Notes under the pieces: model-generated
The model's database searches: none
Told to the model about the DNA's origin: nothing
Seen by the model: the letters and a program-made list of their open reading frames with translations, nothing else
Shown: piece after piece, positions 7,553 through 20,081 of the stretch
How the letters are laid out: each line of letters starts with the position of its first letter
Position numbering within the stretch: position 1 is the stretch's first letter
Program-made: the position numbers and the translations under genes
IMG/VR virus record: IMGVR_UViG_3300045988_159010
Reading direction: 5' to 3' (one strand)
Source: a virus
Length of the DNA stretch: 29,721 nucleotides

Positions 7553-9241
7553 ATGGAATTAGAAAAGGAAGAATTAACCAGAAATGAATAGATACATAAA
7601 AAAGGTTTTGACATAACTGGAGGAGTACGTGAGTATTCTGCAGTTGGCCCAAATGAATATAAGAAGATTAAGGTTGGTGTTAAGACATTAGACGATGCTG
7701 TCTTAAATCTTGGATCTTTTAGATGGGACACTTATGGTCGTCGCAATGAAAAGTATAGCCGTGAACGTATTTATACAAAGCCCATGGTTATGGATGCTTT
7801 AATTCGTAATGATATTCAAGAATTGCGAAGAATATCACGCTTCTTTTTTAGAGTAAGTGGTATTTATCAAAGAGTATGTAATTATTTTGCGAATATGTAT
7901 CGTTATGATTGGGCTATTGCTATTTAGTCTAATAATACTGACGGCTCTGCTGTTAAAGATATTAATGAAACAAAAGCAGTAAAAGATTTCTGGCGAATTT
8001 TAAATTATTTAGATAATTCTTATATTAAGAAAATTTGTGGCGATATGGCTCTTGAAGTTATCAAATGTGGAGCTTATTATGCCTATATTGTTTCCTCAAG
8101 TACTGGCTTAATTTTATAGCAACTTCCTATTGAGTATTGTCGTTCAAGATATTCAGTAGGTAATTTACCTGCTATTGAATTTGATATGAGATACTTTGAT
8201 ACTTTTGTGGATACTAATTACCGTAATAGAGTATTAAAATTATTCCCTGATGAATTTACAATAGGTTATCGTCTCTATAAGGCTGGTAAACTTTTACCTG
8301 ATGTAGCTGGTGATAATACTGGTAGTTGGTATTTGTTAGATCCACAAAGCACTATTAAGTTTGCTTTAAATGGTACTAATGATATTCCATTATTTGTAAA
8401 TGCTATTCCAGCAATTTTGGATTTAGATGCCGCACAAGATTTAGACCGCCGCAAGCAGATGCAAAAATTATTAAAGATTTTAGTTTAGAAATTACCACTT
8501 GATAAAAATGGTGATTTGATTTTTGATATTGATGAAGCTCGTGATATTCATAATAATGCTGTTGAAATGTTGCGTAGAGCTGTAGGTGTTGATGTATTAA
8601 CTACTTTTGCAGATGTAGATGCTATTGATACTTCTGATAAAAATACTTCTGCTACCACAGATGAATTAGAGCGTGTTGAACGAACTGTATATAATGCATT
8701 TGGCGTTTCGCGCAATTTATTTAATACAGATGGCAATATTGCGTTGGAAAAGTCTATCTTAGATGATGAATCTACCATGCGTAATTTAATTTTGCAATTC
8801 AACATATTTTTTGATAGAATATTATCAGTCCTGAATGTTTAGAAAAAATATAATTATAAGTTCTATATGTTAGAAACTACACAATATAATTATAAAGATT
8901 TATCTAAGATGTATAAAGAGCAAACTTAGATTGGTTTCTCTAAAATGTTACCTTAGATTGCTCTTGGATAGTCATAGAGTTTTATTCTTAATACGGCTCA
9001 TTTTGAAAATGAAGTTCTACATTTAAGTGAAGTTATGATACCGCCTCTTATGAGTTCTACATTAAATGGTGAAGATATTTTGGGTAAAAAAGATTAGAGT
9101 AGTTCTAACACTTCTCAAAATAAAACAAGCGGAAATACCACTACTGTAAAAACAGAAACTAAAGAAAGTGGTCGGCCAGAAAAAGCTAATGATGAAAAGA
9201 GTGAAAAAACAATCGCTAATCGTCAAGCGGCTGGTAAATAA
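7553..9241 (+). CDS. portal protein (562 aa)
   Basis: I verified the frame: about 10 in-frame TAG and a TAA stop at 9239-9241. The call rests on its size, on its position immediately after TerL, and on a Ser/Thr/Lys-rich low-complexity C-terminal tail of the kind seen in portals. Confidence 0.7.
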
Positions 9242-9253
9242 GGAGGATTTATA

Positions 9254-10795
9254 GTGAGACATACAAGTGTTAAGTTAGATACTCCTGTTGAGTTTATTAA
9301 TATCACTAAAATCAATCCTTTAATTTCTAAATGTTAGATTAAAGTTTGTTATGTTGGTGATAAACCAAATCGCAATAGAAGTGTTATAACAAAAGAAGTT
9401 GCTAAAGATTTAGCACAAAGTTTACCAGGTAGCCCTATTGTTGGTTATTTTAATGAAGCCAATGGTGATTATGAAGAACATAATCGTATTATTGATATTT
9501 CTAATGGTAAATTTGATATCAAAGATACTACTGTTCCTTATGGTTTTGTAGACTTAGGAGCTAAAGTATGGTTTTAGAAATTTTTAGATGATGGAAAAAA
9601 CGAGCATGAATATTTAATGACTGAAGGCTATATCTGGACAGATATCTATCCAGAAAGTAAACGTATTATTGAAAAAGGTAATAATCAATCTATGGAATTA
9701 GATGATGAAAAAATTAATGCGTATTGGTCGAAAGATAAGAATGGAATGCCCGAATTTTTTATTATAAATGAAGCAATAATTAAGAAACTTTGTATTCTTG
9801 GAGAAGATTGTGAACCTTGCTTCGAAGGAGCTAATATTACTGCACCTACGATGCATTTCTCATTTAGTGATAAATTTAATGAGCAATTATTCTCTATGAT
9901 GAAAGATTTAAAAGAATTATTAGAAGGTAAAGGAGGAACAAAAGTGTTCACAAGATATAGTGTGGAGATTGGTGATTCCATTTGGACTTCTCTTTATTCT
10001 TACATTAAGGGTTTCGGAGCAGGTAATGCAATGATTGAAGAAGTTTGCGAAGACAATGGTAATTTATTTGCTATTGTCAAGGAAGATGATAAGTTCGTTC
10101 GTTTAGATTTTTCTATGGAGAATGATACTTTCACTCCTGGTGAAGTTTCTGAATTAACTGATTATTCTGTTTCTGATAATCCTCAATTCGATCCTGAAAA
10201 AGTTGCAGAATTTGCAAAGAAAAAAAAGGACGAAAAAGATAAAGACAATAAAGAGAATAATGATAATAATAAGGAAGATCCTTCTAAAGATCAGCCAAAA
10301 GATGATGAAAAGAAGGACACTCCCGAAAATAAACCAACTGATACTTCTGATGAAGAAGAAGAACCAACTGAGGATGATGAAGAGAAAAAAAAGAAAAAGA
10401 AAGCTAAGTACTCTTTGGAAGATGTAGTTGAATATGGTTTATTAAAAGACGAGTATACCGCGCTTGAAACTAAATATAATGAATTAGTTGAAAAGCAAAC
10501 ACAACTCGAACAAGAACTTGCTTCTTTAACTCAGTTTAAGACTGAGGCTGAAAGAGAAAAGAAACAAGAAATGATTAATAGTTTCTATATGTTATCTGAT
10601 GATGATAAGAAAGATGTTGTTGCTAATATTGATACTTATTCATTAGATGATATTGAAGCAAAGCTTTCTATTATCTGTGTTCGCAATAAGGTCAATTTCG
10701 ATACTAATGAAAAGAAAGAAAATGACCCACTTACATATAATATTAATAATGATGTAAATGACGATAGCATTCCTGCTTGGATTAAGGCAGTATAG
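9254..10795 (+). CDS. head morphogenesis / scaffold-like protein (513 aa) with a poly-K/E/D low-complexity segment and a C-terminal coiled coil
   Basis: A GTG start follows GGAGG. I verified the frame: 2 TAG near the N-terminus, then an open stretch to the TAA at 10793-10795. The charged KKKKDEKDKDNKENN...EEEEPTEDDEEKKKKKK region and the coiled-coil segment (LETKYNELVEKQTQLEQELASL) fit a scaffold-like role, as does its position after the portal. Confidence 0.6.
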
Positions 10796-10843
10796 GATGT
10801 TGCGAAAACTATGGAATAATAAATTTTTAAGGAGGAAAACCTA

Positions 10844-11620
10844 ATGCTTTTAAAAGATATGCTTAAAGACCTAAGCGGCGTATCTGCTGTTAAGGGCGGC
10901 TACGTTGAATATGGCTATGGTCAGGTTGAGCCTAATCATTTAAGTGCTCAACGCACTGGTCAGATTTATGCTCAATTACCTGCTAACAGAAATATCCAGC
11001 TTCTTGAAAATGGCCAGTTTGTTAAGTATGACTATGCTGCTGGTGAGCTTGGTGAAGTTGATTTCACTGGCAAGGGCGAATGGATGTTAGTTTATAATGA
11101 AATTAAACTTTATCGTGAGGAACAAGCTGATTGCGAATTTGCTATGCGCAAAGATGATTATCAAGCTCGTTATTACAGCCCCTATGATGGCAAGCAGGAA
11201 ATTGGTACACGTCAGGCTCGCTATTTAAATGGTAAGGATGCCGAAGGTAATACTTCTATGACTATTACAGATAGTCAGGGTGTACAACATACTTATGAAT
11301 ATGATGATGTCACTGCTGGTCCTGATATTCGTGAACTCTTCTATGAAGAAGATCCTTTACACTTTGATGGTCCTTATGAGGCCCGTAGAATGCCTGCTGG
11401 CACTAATATGGTTCCTCGTGTTTTCAAGACCAATGTTGGTGATATTTTTACGACTAATACTATTGCCGAAGCTACTCTTGTAGTTGGTGATATTTTAAGT
11501 CCTCGTGCTGCTGATGGTATGCTTTCTAAGACCGGTGATGGCTCTATCCAGTGGTAGGTTGTCAAGGTTTATGAAATGCCTGATCATCAGAAGGGCGTTA
11601 AGATTATGCGAATCGCGTAA
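10844..11620 (+). CDS. head protein (258 aa), TAG-free except one near the C-terminus
   Basis: It has a very strong RBS (TTAAGGAGGAAAACCTAATG) and GC visibly higher than the neighbouring genes. The single TAG at 11555-11557 is followed by 20 more sense codons before the TAA at 11618-11620. Confidence 0.6.
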
Positions 11621-11637
11621 GAAAGGAGAGAAGAAAA

Positions 11638-12774
11638 ATGTTAGATAGAAAAAATCTTGTTCAATTAATGAAGACTGTCGCTAAGGCTGATCCTTCTACT
11701 CCTACTGCTTACAGCTTTAATGGCGAAAGCCTTTCTTATGATGCTCTTAATGAAACTCTCCGCAGAGAATTAAATGAACTTGCTGGAACTTATTCTTTAT
11801 ATCGTGATAATAAGAACCTTATTTTCTCAATGATTGAGGAAACTATTGATGAAGTTCTTCCTAAGAAAGTTGAAGAGCAATATAATCAGTTTGCTGAAGT
11901 TAAGACGTTTAAACAGGGTGACAAGCCTATTTTCCGTAGAAAGTTCAGCAACAATACTCGTGCAAAGCAATTCATCACTCGTGTCGGCCTAGCTGGTATC
12001 TATGAAGTATTCAAGCTTGGTAAGACTGAAGAATGCTTTGAAGTCCGTACAAGTGCTATCGGCGGAGCTGCTCAAATTGGCTTTGAGGAATTCCTTGATG
12101 GCCGTGTCGATTTTGGTGTTGTTACCCAGATCGTCATGGAAGGTATGGATGACCTTATCTATAAAGAAATTGCCGGTGCTTTAAAGGCTTCTGTTAACCA
12201 GTTACCTCCTGCTAACCGTTTAGTTGCTAATGGTTTTGATGAACCCGGTTTTGATAAGTTACTTATGATTGCTTCTGCTTATGGCACTCCTACTATTTAT
12301 TGCACTTATGAATTTGCTGTTCGTATGATTCCGAAGGATGCTTGGCGTTATACTGAAGCTATGAAGAATGAGCTTTGGAACACTGGCCGTCTTGCTTCCT
12401 ATAAGGGCTATAAAGTTGTTATTCTTGAGCAGGGCTTTGAAGATGCTACCAATGAAAAGAAAGTCATTGACCCAGGTTATGCTTGGATTATTCCTACTGG
12501 TGCTGATAGTAAGCCTGTAAAGGTTGCTATGGAAGGCAATACCATTGTTGATGAATATACCAATTATGATCGTAGCCGTGAAATTCAGGTTTATAAGAAA
12601 GTTGGCGTTATTGCTATGTTAGCTAATAACATCTGCTGCTATTGTGATACTGAACTTCTTGGTGATATGAAGACATGGCATCTTGATGGCGTAACTGGTA
12701 AGGTCCGTGACTATGCTGGTCAAATTACTGGTTCTCATGATACTATTGATGGCGGTAACGAAGATAAGCCGTAA
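11638..12774 (+). CDS. major capsid protein candidate (378 aa)
   Basis: It has a GAAAGGAGAG RBS, no TAG codons, and elevated GC with biased codon use, which is the signature of a highly expressed gene. A strong intrinsic terminator follows, and the gene sits at the canonical position after the scaffold-like genes. The function is inferred from position and expression signals. Confidence 0.5.
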   Translation: MLDRKNLVQLMKTVAKADPSTPTAYSFNGESLSYDALNETLRRELNELAGTYSLYRDNKNLIFSMIEETIDEVLPKKVEEQYNQFAEVKTFKQGDKPIFRRKFSNNTRAKQFITRVGLAGIYEVFKLGKTEECFEVRTSAIGGAAQIGFEEFLDGRVDFGVVTQIVMEGMDDLIYKEIAGALKASVNQLPPANRLVANGFDEPGFDKLLMIASAYGTPTIYCTYEFAVRMIPKDAWRYTEAMKNELWNTGRLASYKGYKVVILEQGFEDATNEKKVIDPGYAWIIPTGADSKPVKVAMEGNTIVDEYTNYDRSREIQVYKKVGVIAMLANNICCYCDTELLGDMKTWHLDGVTGKVRDYAGQITGSHDTIDGGNEDKP

Positions 12775-12809
12775 TTGATATTAACTAAAAATTAATATAT
12801 AATATTTTT

Positions 12810-12850
12810 AGGGGAGAATGGGGAAATCCCCTTCTCCCCTATTTTGTTTT
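12810..12850 (+). terminator. intrinsic terminator (AGGGGAGAATGGGGAAATCCCCTTCTCCCCT + ATTTTGTTTT)
   Basis: A GC-rich interrupted stem (AGGGGAGAA/TTCTCCCCT with an inner GGGGA/TCCCC) is followed by a T-rich tract directly after the capsid candidate. Confidence 0.7.
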
Positions 12851-12872
12851 ATGAGTAAAAGGAGAATAAAAA

Positions 12873-13439
12873 ATGAATAAAAAAGTTTTATTAGTTACTA
12901 ATAGAAGTGCTGGAATGGTCGTTTATACTATTCCTGAAGAAGGCATTCGTAGAGAATTCACACCTGGTGAAACTAAAAAAATTCCTTTTGAGGAATTAGA
13001 GAAGCTTGCTTACCTTAGCGGAGGCCGCACCTTAATGGAAAATTTCTTAAAAATTGTAGATACTCAAACTACAGAAGAATTGGGTATTCATACAGAACCT
13101 GAATATTATTTAGATGATGCTGGAGTTATTAAGCTCCTTACTGAGGGAACTCTTGATGAATTCCTTGATTGTCTTGATTTTGCTCCTATTGGAGTTATTG
13201 ATATGATTAAGAGCTATGCTGTATCTCTTCCTATGAGTGATTATAATAAGCGTAAAGCTCTTAAGGATAAGACTGGATTTGACCTTGATAGAGCATTAGC
13301 TAATAAGGAAGCTGAAGCTGCGGAGGATGAACAGATTACTCCAAAAGCTCCTGAACGTAGAGTGAAGACTGAAACTAAGCCTACAACGCCTCCTGGTCGT
13401 AGAACTGCTCCTCGTTATAATGTTGTAAAAGAAGGTTAA
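12873..13439 (+). CDS. hypothetical structural protein (188 aa), TAG-free
   Basis: Intact ORF with an AAAGGAGAAT RBS. The C-terminus is Pro/Thr/Arg-rich. Confidence 0.65.
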   Translation: MNKKVLLVTNRSAGMVVYTIPEEGIRREFTPGETKKIPFEELEKLAYLSGGRTLMENFLKIVDTQTTEELGIHTEPEYYLDDAGVIKLLTEGTLDEFLDCLDFAPIGVIDMIKSYAVSLPMSDYNKRKALKDKTGFDLDRALANKEAEAAEDEQITPKAPERRVKTETKPTTPPGRRTAPRYNVVKEG

Positions 13440-13461
13440 TTATAAATAAGGAGGGTTTTAT

Positions 13462-14073
13462 ATGACATATTTTTATAAAGTTTATGAACGTTTTTTAGGC
13501 AAAGTAACAGATGATATGTATTTAGAACTTACTCCTCGTGATACATTTTTAGATTTACGCCAATTACTTGTTGATAGTATTCCTGGATTTGAATTTCCGC
13601 GTAAACGATTAGATTACGTTTTAGTAGATGAAGATGCTCCTGATTTTATAAAAGGAGAGATTGATGGCGGAGATATTGATATACCATTAGGTGGAGATTT
13701 GTTTGAAGAAGTAGCTGGTAGTAATATTGATATAGATAATGCTTTTTAGGAGATATTTTCTGAGGAAAATACCTCCTATTTTAATGCCGATTTAGATGAT
13801 GAAGAAATTAATATCTTAGCTTTAATCATGGTTGAAGCTTGGGTGGAACGTCAATTGGCATCTATCGAAGTAACAAGAATGAAATATTCTGGAACAGATT
13901 TTAAATTTACTTCATAGGCAAATCATATGTAGAAATTGTTATCATTGAGAACAGAAGTAAGACGTCAGGCATTTCATATGTAGAGATTATATAAACGTCG
14001 TAAAACTGATGATGATGGATATATTAAATCCAATTGGTCTGTTCTAAGGGAGGTAAGCGCCCTTGATGACTAA
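13462..14073 (+). CDS. hypothetical head-tail joining region protein (203 aa)
   Basis: It has a TAAGGAGGG RBS. I verified the frame: 4 in-frame TAG and a TAA at 14071-14073. Confidence 0.6.
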
Positions 14074-14359
14074 ATATAATTTTGATATAGACAATAATTT
14101 AATTAATACTAATATTAATAGACTCACTAATTAGATATGGAAATTAATTCCTATGAGAGAAAATGAAGAAGATTGGTTATCTTAGTTAAATACTGTAATT
14201 ATTGAATTAACTGGTCTTGGGGAAATTTTTAATGATAGTTAGTATTTAATTCTTTTAAGTAAATTAGAAGGACTAAAAAATATTGAAATTGAATTTCCTA
14301 TTTATAGAAAGACAGTGTTTGAAGCTATTACTTTATTAAGGGGGCTTCATATTGAATAA
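14066..14359 (+). CDS. hypothetical small protein (97 aa)
   Basis: It overlaps the upstream gene by 8 nt. I verified the frame: 3 TAG and a TAA at 14357-14359. Confidence 0.5.
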
Positions 14360-15347
14360 AAATGAATATTTAGATGCAATGTATAACCGTATTCCAAAAG
14401 CCAATATGCTTACAAGATATTTATATGGCGATGGAGTAACAGGACAACAAGAACGAATGATAAGAGATAAACGTAAAACATTAAGTAGAGCTTTACTTTA
14501 TTCTTATCAAGCTGCCTTGGTAAAAAAATTATATGATGATAAAGATACTATTGAACGTCGTGCATTAATCAACCCTGATAAAACAAAATAGGATTATGAT
14601 GAAAAAATTATTTCAATTGGTTTTGAAAGTAATTTTAAAACTGGGGATATTTTTTAGTGGTTAGGTACAAATACTTATTGGTTAATTTATTTACAGGATT
14701 TAACTGAATTAGCTTATTTTCGTGGCAATATAAGACGTTGTTCTTATGAAATTGCTTGGGAAGATGAAAATAAAAATTATCATAAAACTTATGTAGCTTT
14801 GCGTGGTCCTGTTGAAACTAAAATTAATTACATCCAAAAGCATGAAATTAGTATAGATACACCTAATCATTCTTTAAATATATTATTACCTTATAATGAT
14901 GATAATGTAAAATTATGCTAGCGTTATAATAAATTTTATTTGTAGAATGACCCTAATAAAACATGTTGGCGTATTGAAGCTATTGATTTGTATTCTACTC
15001 CTGGAATAATTGAAATTAATGCTGTCGAGTATTATTCTAATGAAACTGCTGATGATATTGATAATGGCATTGTCAACGGTTTAATATAGCCGGTTCAAGA
15101 TCCTAATTCAGGTAAGGAGAATGGTATTATTGGTGATACTTTTATTAAGCCAAAAGTGGTATATGAATATAAATATAATGGAATCAAATCTGGTAAATGG
15201 ACTTGGGATAAAAAACTACCATTAACAGTTAAAGTAAACGAAGAAACAAATACTTTAAAATTACGATGGGAAACTACTTATTGTGGTTAGTTTGATTTGT
15301 TCTATGGGCCAGAATGTAAAACCATTGTAGTTGAATCTTTATTTTAA
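14352..15347 (+). CDS. hypothetical structural protein (331 aa)
   Basis: A TTG start follows AAGGGGG, with an alternative ATG at 14379. I verified the frame: 7 TAG and a TAA at 15345-15347. Confidence 0.55.
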
Positions 15348-15368
15348 AGATGAAGGAGAAATCGGAGA

Positions 15369-15959
15369 ATGAAAATTGATAATGTAAAAAATCCAGAGTC
15401 AGCATTTTTAGCCCAAGAAAAAGATATGAGAATCATAGTTGATCGTATGGCCGCGAATCAACGTTTGCGTAAATTACTTTATTATACTACTCCTGATGCA
15501 TTAAGATTGCCAGAAGTAAGTGATTAGAATTTTGTAAAAATGTTCGGTAAAAATATAAGGAATTTACCAAAATTATATATAGATAAAGATGTTTTAAATT
15601 ATATTGTTATTAGTTTTGATAACTTTGCTCCTAATGGAGACAATCCTGAATTTAGGGATAATACTATTGAATTTGATATTGTTTGTCATTATGATTAGTG
15701 GCAATTAGCTGATTCATTTTAGTTAAGACCTTATAGAATCGCTGCCGAACTTGATAGTATGTTAGATAAAAAACATTTAACTGGAATTGGGCAACTTAAT
15801 TTCATCGGAGCATAGCAAATTATATTAACTGATGAATTTGCTGGACTTTGTTTATTATATGATACAATACACGGAGGAGAAGATAAAAAATATATGCCAA
15901 ATCCTGCTGATGAACAAATGTTTATCGAGGATTATTTTAAAATGCCTAAGATGAATTAA
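15369..15959 (+). CDS. hypothetical structural protein (196 aa)
   Basis: It has a GAAGGAGAAATCGGAGA RBS. I verified the frame: 4 TAG and a TAA at 15957-15959. Confidence 0.55.
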
Positions 15960-16693
15960 TGGATTATAAACTTAGTTTAATGTGCGGAACAGATTTACCT
16001 GTTCCAGAAATTCCATTAACCCTCCATTAGCCTAAGATAAAGGAAATAGCATTAATTGGCGAAAAAGAATTTTTTACTGGTGCTTAGTGTCTTTGTATTA
16101 ATAAAAATAGTATAACAAATCAGGACAAGAATGATTTGGATACTACTACCAATTTTTAGATATTTATGATGGTAATGCTATAGAAAGATAATAATGAACG
16201 GCGTAAAGCTGCGCAATAGGTTCTATCATTACTATTCCCAAATTCAAAGTCTACATTTACTCCTAGATCTATTGTTATTTAGTATAATGAGAGTGACATT
16301 TAGATTAATATTGATGATGATAACTTTGAATTATTTTAGTCGGTAGCAAGACAAATTTTTTGTTTTGATACTAATAAAAATGGGCAAGATAATTATAATC
16401 CTGCTAATAAGAAAGCTCAAGAAATAGCTAATAAATTAATGAAAGGGCGTCAAAGGGTCGCTGAACTTAAAGGGGTTACCGATTCAAGCATTTTGAGCCA
16501 ATACGTTTCTACATTGACTATTGGATTAGATTCAATGTCGTTAGAAGATTGTATGAATTTAACATTGTATTAGTTATACGATTTAATAGAAAGATTTTCT
16601 CTTTATACTAATTGGGATATTGATGTAAAGAGTAGATTAGCAGGAGCTAAGTCAGATAAAAAACCTGACAATTGGATGAAAAACATTCATTAA
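15959..16693 (+). CDS. hypothetical structural protein (244 aa)
   Basis: Its ATG overlaps the upstream TAA. I verified the frame: 11 TAG and a TAA at 16691-16693. Confidence 0.55.
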
Positions 16694-16772
16694 CTTTGTA
16701 TAAATCGCTTTACTAATTTTTGTAGCGAGTTATATAAATAAAATTTAAATTTTATTAAGGAGGAAATAACCT

Positions 16773-17864
16773 ATGAAATTTGGTGTTCGTGAAATATGCG
16801 ATGTCGTATTAAAAGCTCGTGCTCCTATGAAGGTTGGTAATAAAGTTTTCTATGCGAACGAACCAGTTCTTTATTTCGATACATTAAAAACTTCTAGCCT
16901 TGAAGGTGCTTCTACGACCGTATATGCACAAGGCGGACGCGGCAATGCTCGTTTAGTAGCTTGGGACGGTGACCGTACTTTAACATTCACTATGGAAGAT
17001 GCTCTTATTTCTGCAGAAGGTTTCATGATTCTTGCTGGAGCTGGCCTTATTGATGCTTCTAAACAGAATACAATTAAGCAACATGTAACTGAAAAGACTA
17101 CTGCTGTGGCTCTCTCTGAAGATAAGGATAGTGTACAAATTTTTATTAAAAATTTACCATATGAACAAATTGATACTACCACGGGTGCTCATAAAGGTGA
17201 ATATTATATTTATGCTATGCGTGTTGACAATGATGAACCAGTAACTGAGCCTTATCTTCCTACAGTTATTCGTCAAACTGAGGCGGGGGCAGTTGCGAAA
17301 CCTCAAAAGTTCTATTTTGATGAAACTGAAATGAAGTATAAGACTTGTACTGATGCAGAAGCTGATACTAAGGCTAAAGCTGGTACTTAGATTTATTATG
17401 GTCTTTAGATTAAGGAAATTACTTCTGCTTATAAGATTGTTGATGAAGCTGAAGCTAATGCAGTACATAAATTAGAATTATTTAAAGATTCTGTTGTTCT
17501 TCTTGATTATTATATTGAGAAGGCTAGCAATGCTCGTCAAATTGAAATTACCGCTGAATCTTTTGGTGGCAACTTCTATCTTGAAGCTTCTACCTTATTC
17601 CGTACTCAGGATGGTGTTGATCTTCCTGCCGAATTTATAATTCCTAACTGCAAGATTCAGTCTAACTTTACTTTCAGTATGGCTGCTACTGGCGATCCTG
17701 CAACTTTCACTTTCACACTTGATGCTTTCCCAGGAACTACTCGTTTCAATCCTACTAAGAAAGTATTGGCTGCTGTTCAGGTCATTGAAGATATTGATAA
17801 TGATAGTGTCTATCGTACTCAAACTATCCATGATCCGATGCATGACAGCTATTTTGATATTTAA
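16773..17864 (+). CDS. major tail protein candidate (363 aa)
   Basis: It has a very strong RBS (TTAAGGAGGAAATAACCTATG) and only 2 TAG codons (17388, 17406). GC is elevated. A strong terminator follows after a small downstream ORF. The function is inferred from position and expression signals. Confidence 0.5.
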
Positions 17865-17866
17865 TT

Positions 17867-18031
17867 ATGATTATTAGCTCTAATGCTCCACGACCTGTTA
17901 AAGCATCTGAAGTAGAAAAAGTTATAGTTAAAAAATCAAAAAAAGAAAATAAAAATTCTCAAGAAAAAGAGAATAAAATTCCTCTTACAGAGGATGAACT
18001 TATTGATAAGATTATTAAAGGAGAGGGTTAA
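17867..18031 (+). CDS. small Lys-rich ORF (54 aa)
   Basis: The ATG lies 2 nt after the upstream TAA. There is no TAG, and the TAA at 18029-18031 is embedded in the terminator hairpin. Confidence 0.4.
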   Translation: MIISSNAPRPVKASEVEKVIVKKSKKENKNSQEKENKIPLTEDELIDKIIKGEG

Positions 18032-18049
18032 TCCCTCTCCTTTTTTTTT
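18020..18049 (+). terminator. intrinsic terminator (GGAGAGGG-TTAAT-CCCTCTCC followed by T9)
   Basis: A perfect 8-bp GC-rich stem (18020-18027 / 18033-40) is followed by a 9-T run. Confidence 0.8.
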
Positions 18050-18075
18050 ATTATGTGAAAAAGGAGATATAATAT

Positions 18076-19395
18076 ATGGCAAAATTAACAAATGCCTAGA
18101 AAAATTAGTTAGTTTATTATAAACAAAAAGGAGTTTCTTATAAAAATGAAGTAAATACTCCTACTTATTTAAGTAGTCTTTTAGAAGTATATAGAGCTGC
18201 TGCTCGACCAAATGATACAATTGCTAATAAAGAAGTTTAGGATGCTAAATTATTAGAAAAAGTTTTAAATGGAATAAAGTAGATTCAAAATAATTATACT
18301 AAAAAAATGTCTTTTTCTACTGAATCTTTAATAGAGATTGTTTAGGATTAGGCTTTAGCTGAATTACTTAATTAGTTATATACGGTAAATCCTGGATTAT
18401 TTATTGGAGGAGGTTTAATTAAAAAAGGAGCAAATAGCTATGAACGTGGTGCCTTATTAGAGAATTTTATGAATGAATTTATTACTACTATTGACTATAC
18501 TTTTTAGAATATGGAAATGCCTTATGGTCCTTTACCGTAGACTCATCGGTCTGGCCAATTAGTTGATAATATTAATATGAAAAATTTAATTACTAATATT
18601 GGTGGAGAGTTTATAGATAGCACTACAAAAACTGCAATAAATAATTTGTCTCGGTTTATTTATAAAGTTGGATAGGAAAAAAAAGATTCAGGTAATACTA
18701 CAACTGAACGTCGAAAAAATAATTTAGAAGCTACTACTATTTATACTCAAGTTAAAGAAAATGGTCGAGTTGGAGCTATTTAGGGCAAATAGATAAAAGC
18801 TGATAACACTGGTTTAAATTATAGTATTTCAATTACTGCTACAGCGACACTGTTAAATCAAGTAGTTAATGCCTTATCGATGGCTACATTCAGCGATAAA
18901 AATTATTTATCAACAGATTTTATAGGTTTAGGTAAAACTAATCCTTATCGTGTTTTTTTAACTGTGGCTGATGGAGATACAGGTTATAAATTATATAGAT
19001 ATGCTCGTATGTTAAATTGTATGGCAAAGCATTCTAAATTAGCAGAACATAATGATGTGCCTAAAATGTTTTTTAGAATTAGAGCTATTTATGAATTGAC
19101 TGGTGCTAAACAACAAGTTGGAAATACTAAGTATGCTTATTAGAGTGTAATGGCTAATTTTATTAATGATATTGGTCGTACTAAATTTTTAGTTATTAAT
19201 AATCCTAAAAAGCAAGGTTTTTTAAAAGTTTTATCAACAGCTAAATTAGCAGAAGATATAGAAATGAATTTATATTTTAATAAAAAACAAGGTTCTAGAA
19301 GTATTTTAGAAAATGATGAAAGAAGAATGTCTATGGAGCAAGCTCTATATGGTCCTATTAGTATGAATTTCAGTAAAATTTTTGAAGATTAGTAA
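18076..19395 (+). CDS. hypothetical tail-region protein (439 aa)
   Basis: It has an AAGGAG RBS. I verified the frame: about 13 in-frame TAG. It ends ...GAA GAT TAG TAA, that is, a TAG directly followed by a TAA. Confidence 0.55.
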
Positions 19396-19405
19396 AAAAA
19401 ATTTT

Positions 19406-19434
19406 TTGACTTTGGAAATTTTTTTTGTTATAAT
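19406..19434 (+). promoter_or_regulatory. sigma70/sigmaA promoter with extended -10 (TTGACT-N17-TGtTATAAT), a near-duplicate of the one at 2985
   Basis: TTGACT lies at 19406-19411 and TATAAT at 19429-19434. It differs from the 29-mer at 2985-3013 at only 2 positions. Confidence 0.6.
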
Positions 19435-19511
19435 ATATTTATAAAGGATAAAAATTAAAAAATTTGTTTCTGACAAAATTTTTAAAATATAAAGTTAAAG
19501 GAAGTGAGAAT

Positions 19512-20039
19512 GTGGCGAAAATAGCTTTTACAAAACTCTCTCTCCAGAAAAATTCAGAAATAAGAAATTGGCAATATAATGATCAAATTATTGAAGTAAA
19601 ATAGTATCTTCCAATAAAAGAGAGAATGGATATTGCTTAGTCGGTCATTCAACAAGTCATTGATTTTAATAATGAATTTTTGAATGAATTTGCTTTCCAT
19701 ATGTATATGGATTTAGCAATAGTATTTAATTATACAAATTTATCTTTTACTGATAAACAGAAAGAAGATTTGTATAAACTTTATGATTTACTTGTTGGTT
19801 CAAGGTTTATAAAAGAGTTAAAGAAACAAGTAAATTGTAATCAAATTGATGATTTAGAAGTCTATACTTATGAAATGCTTAATGGATATTATAAATATCA
19901 TAATAGTGTTTATGGGATTATGGATGCTATGAATCAGAATTATTCTAATTTAAATTTAGATGTTAATGAATTACAAGATAAGATTTCTAATCCTGAAAGT
20001 CTATCTTTAGTAAAAGATATTTTAACCAAGATGGGTTAA
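19512..20039 (+). CDS. possible tail assembly chaperone (175 aa; minimal standard-code version 19680-20039)
   Basis: A GTG start follows AAAGGAAGTGAG. There are 2 in-frame TAG and no TAA/TGA across the 56 codons upstream of the ATG at 19680. The gene sits immediately upstream of the tape measure and is bounded by its own promoter and terminator. The function is inferred from position only. Confidence 0.45.
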
Positions 20040-20081
20040 AATATCATAATTGATTTCTAATTTAAATAGGAATATTAAAAG

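Noticed and set aside
10203-10427. 74-aa poly-K/R ORF in an alternative frame
   Set aside because: It is a frame artefact of the A-rich DNA that encodes the K/E/D low-complexity segment of the 9254-10795 protein.
14066-14364. Programmed frameshift at the 8-nt overlaps 14066-14073 and 14352-14359
   Set aside because: Each downstream gene has its own start codon and RBS-like purine tract. Simple overlapping or coupled genes are sufficient, and no slippery heptamer is present.
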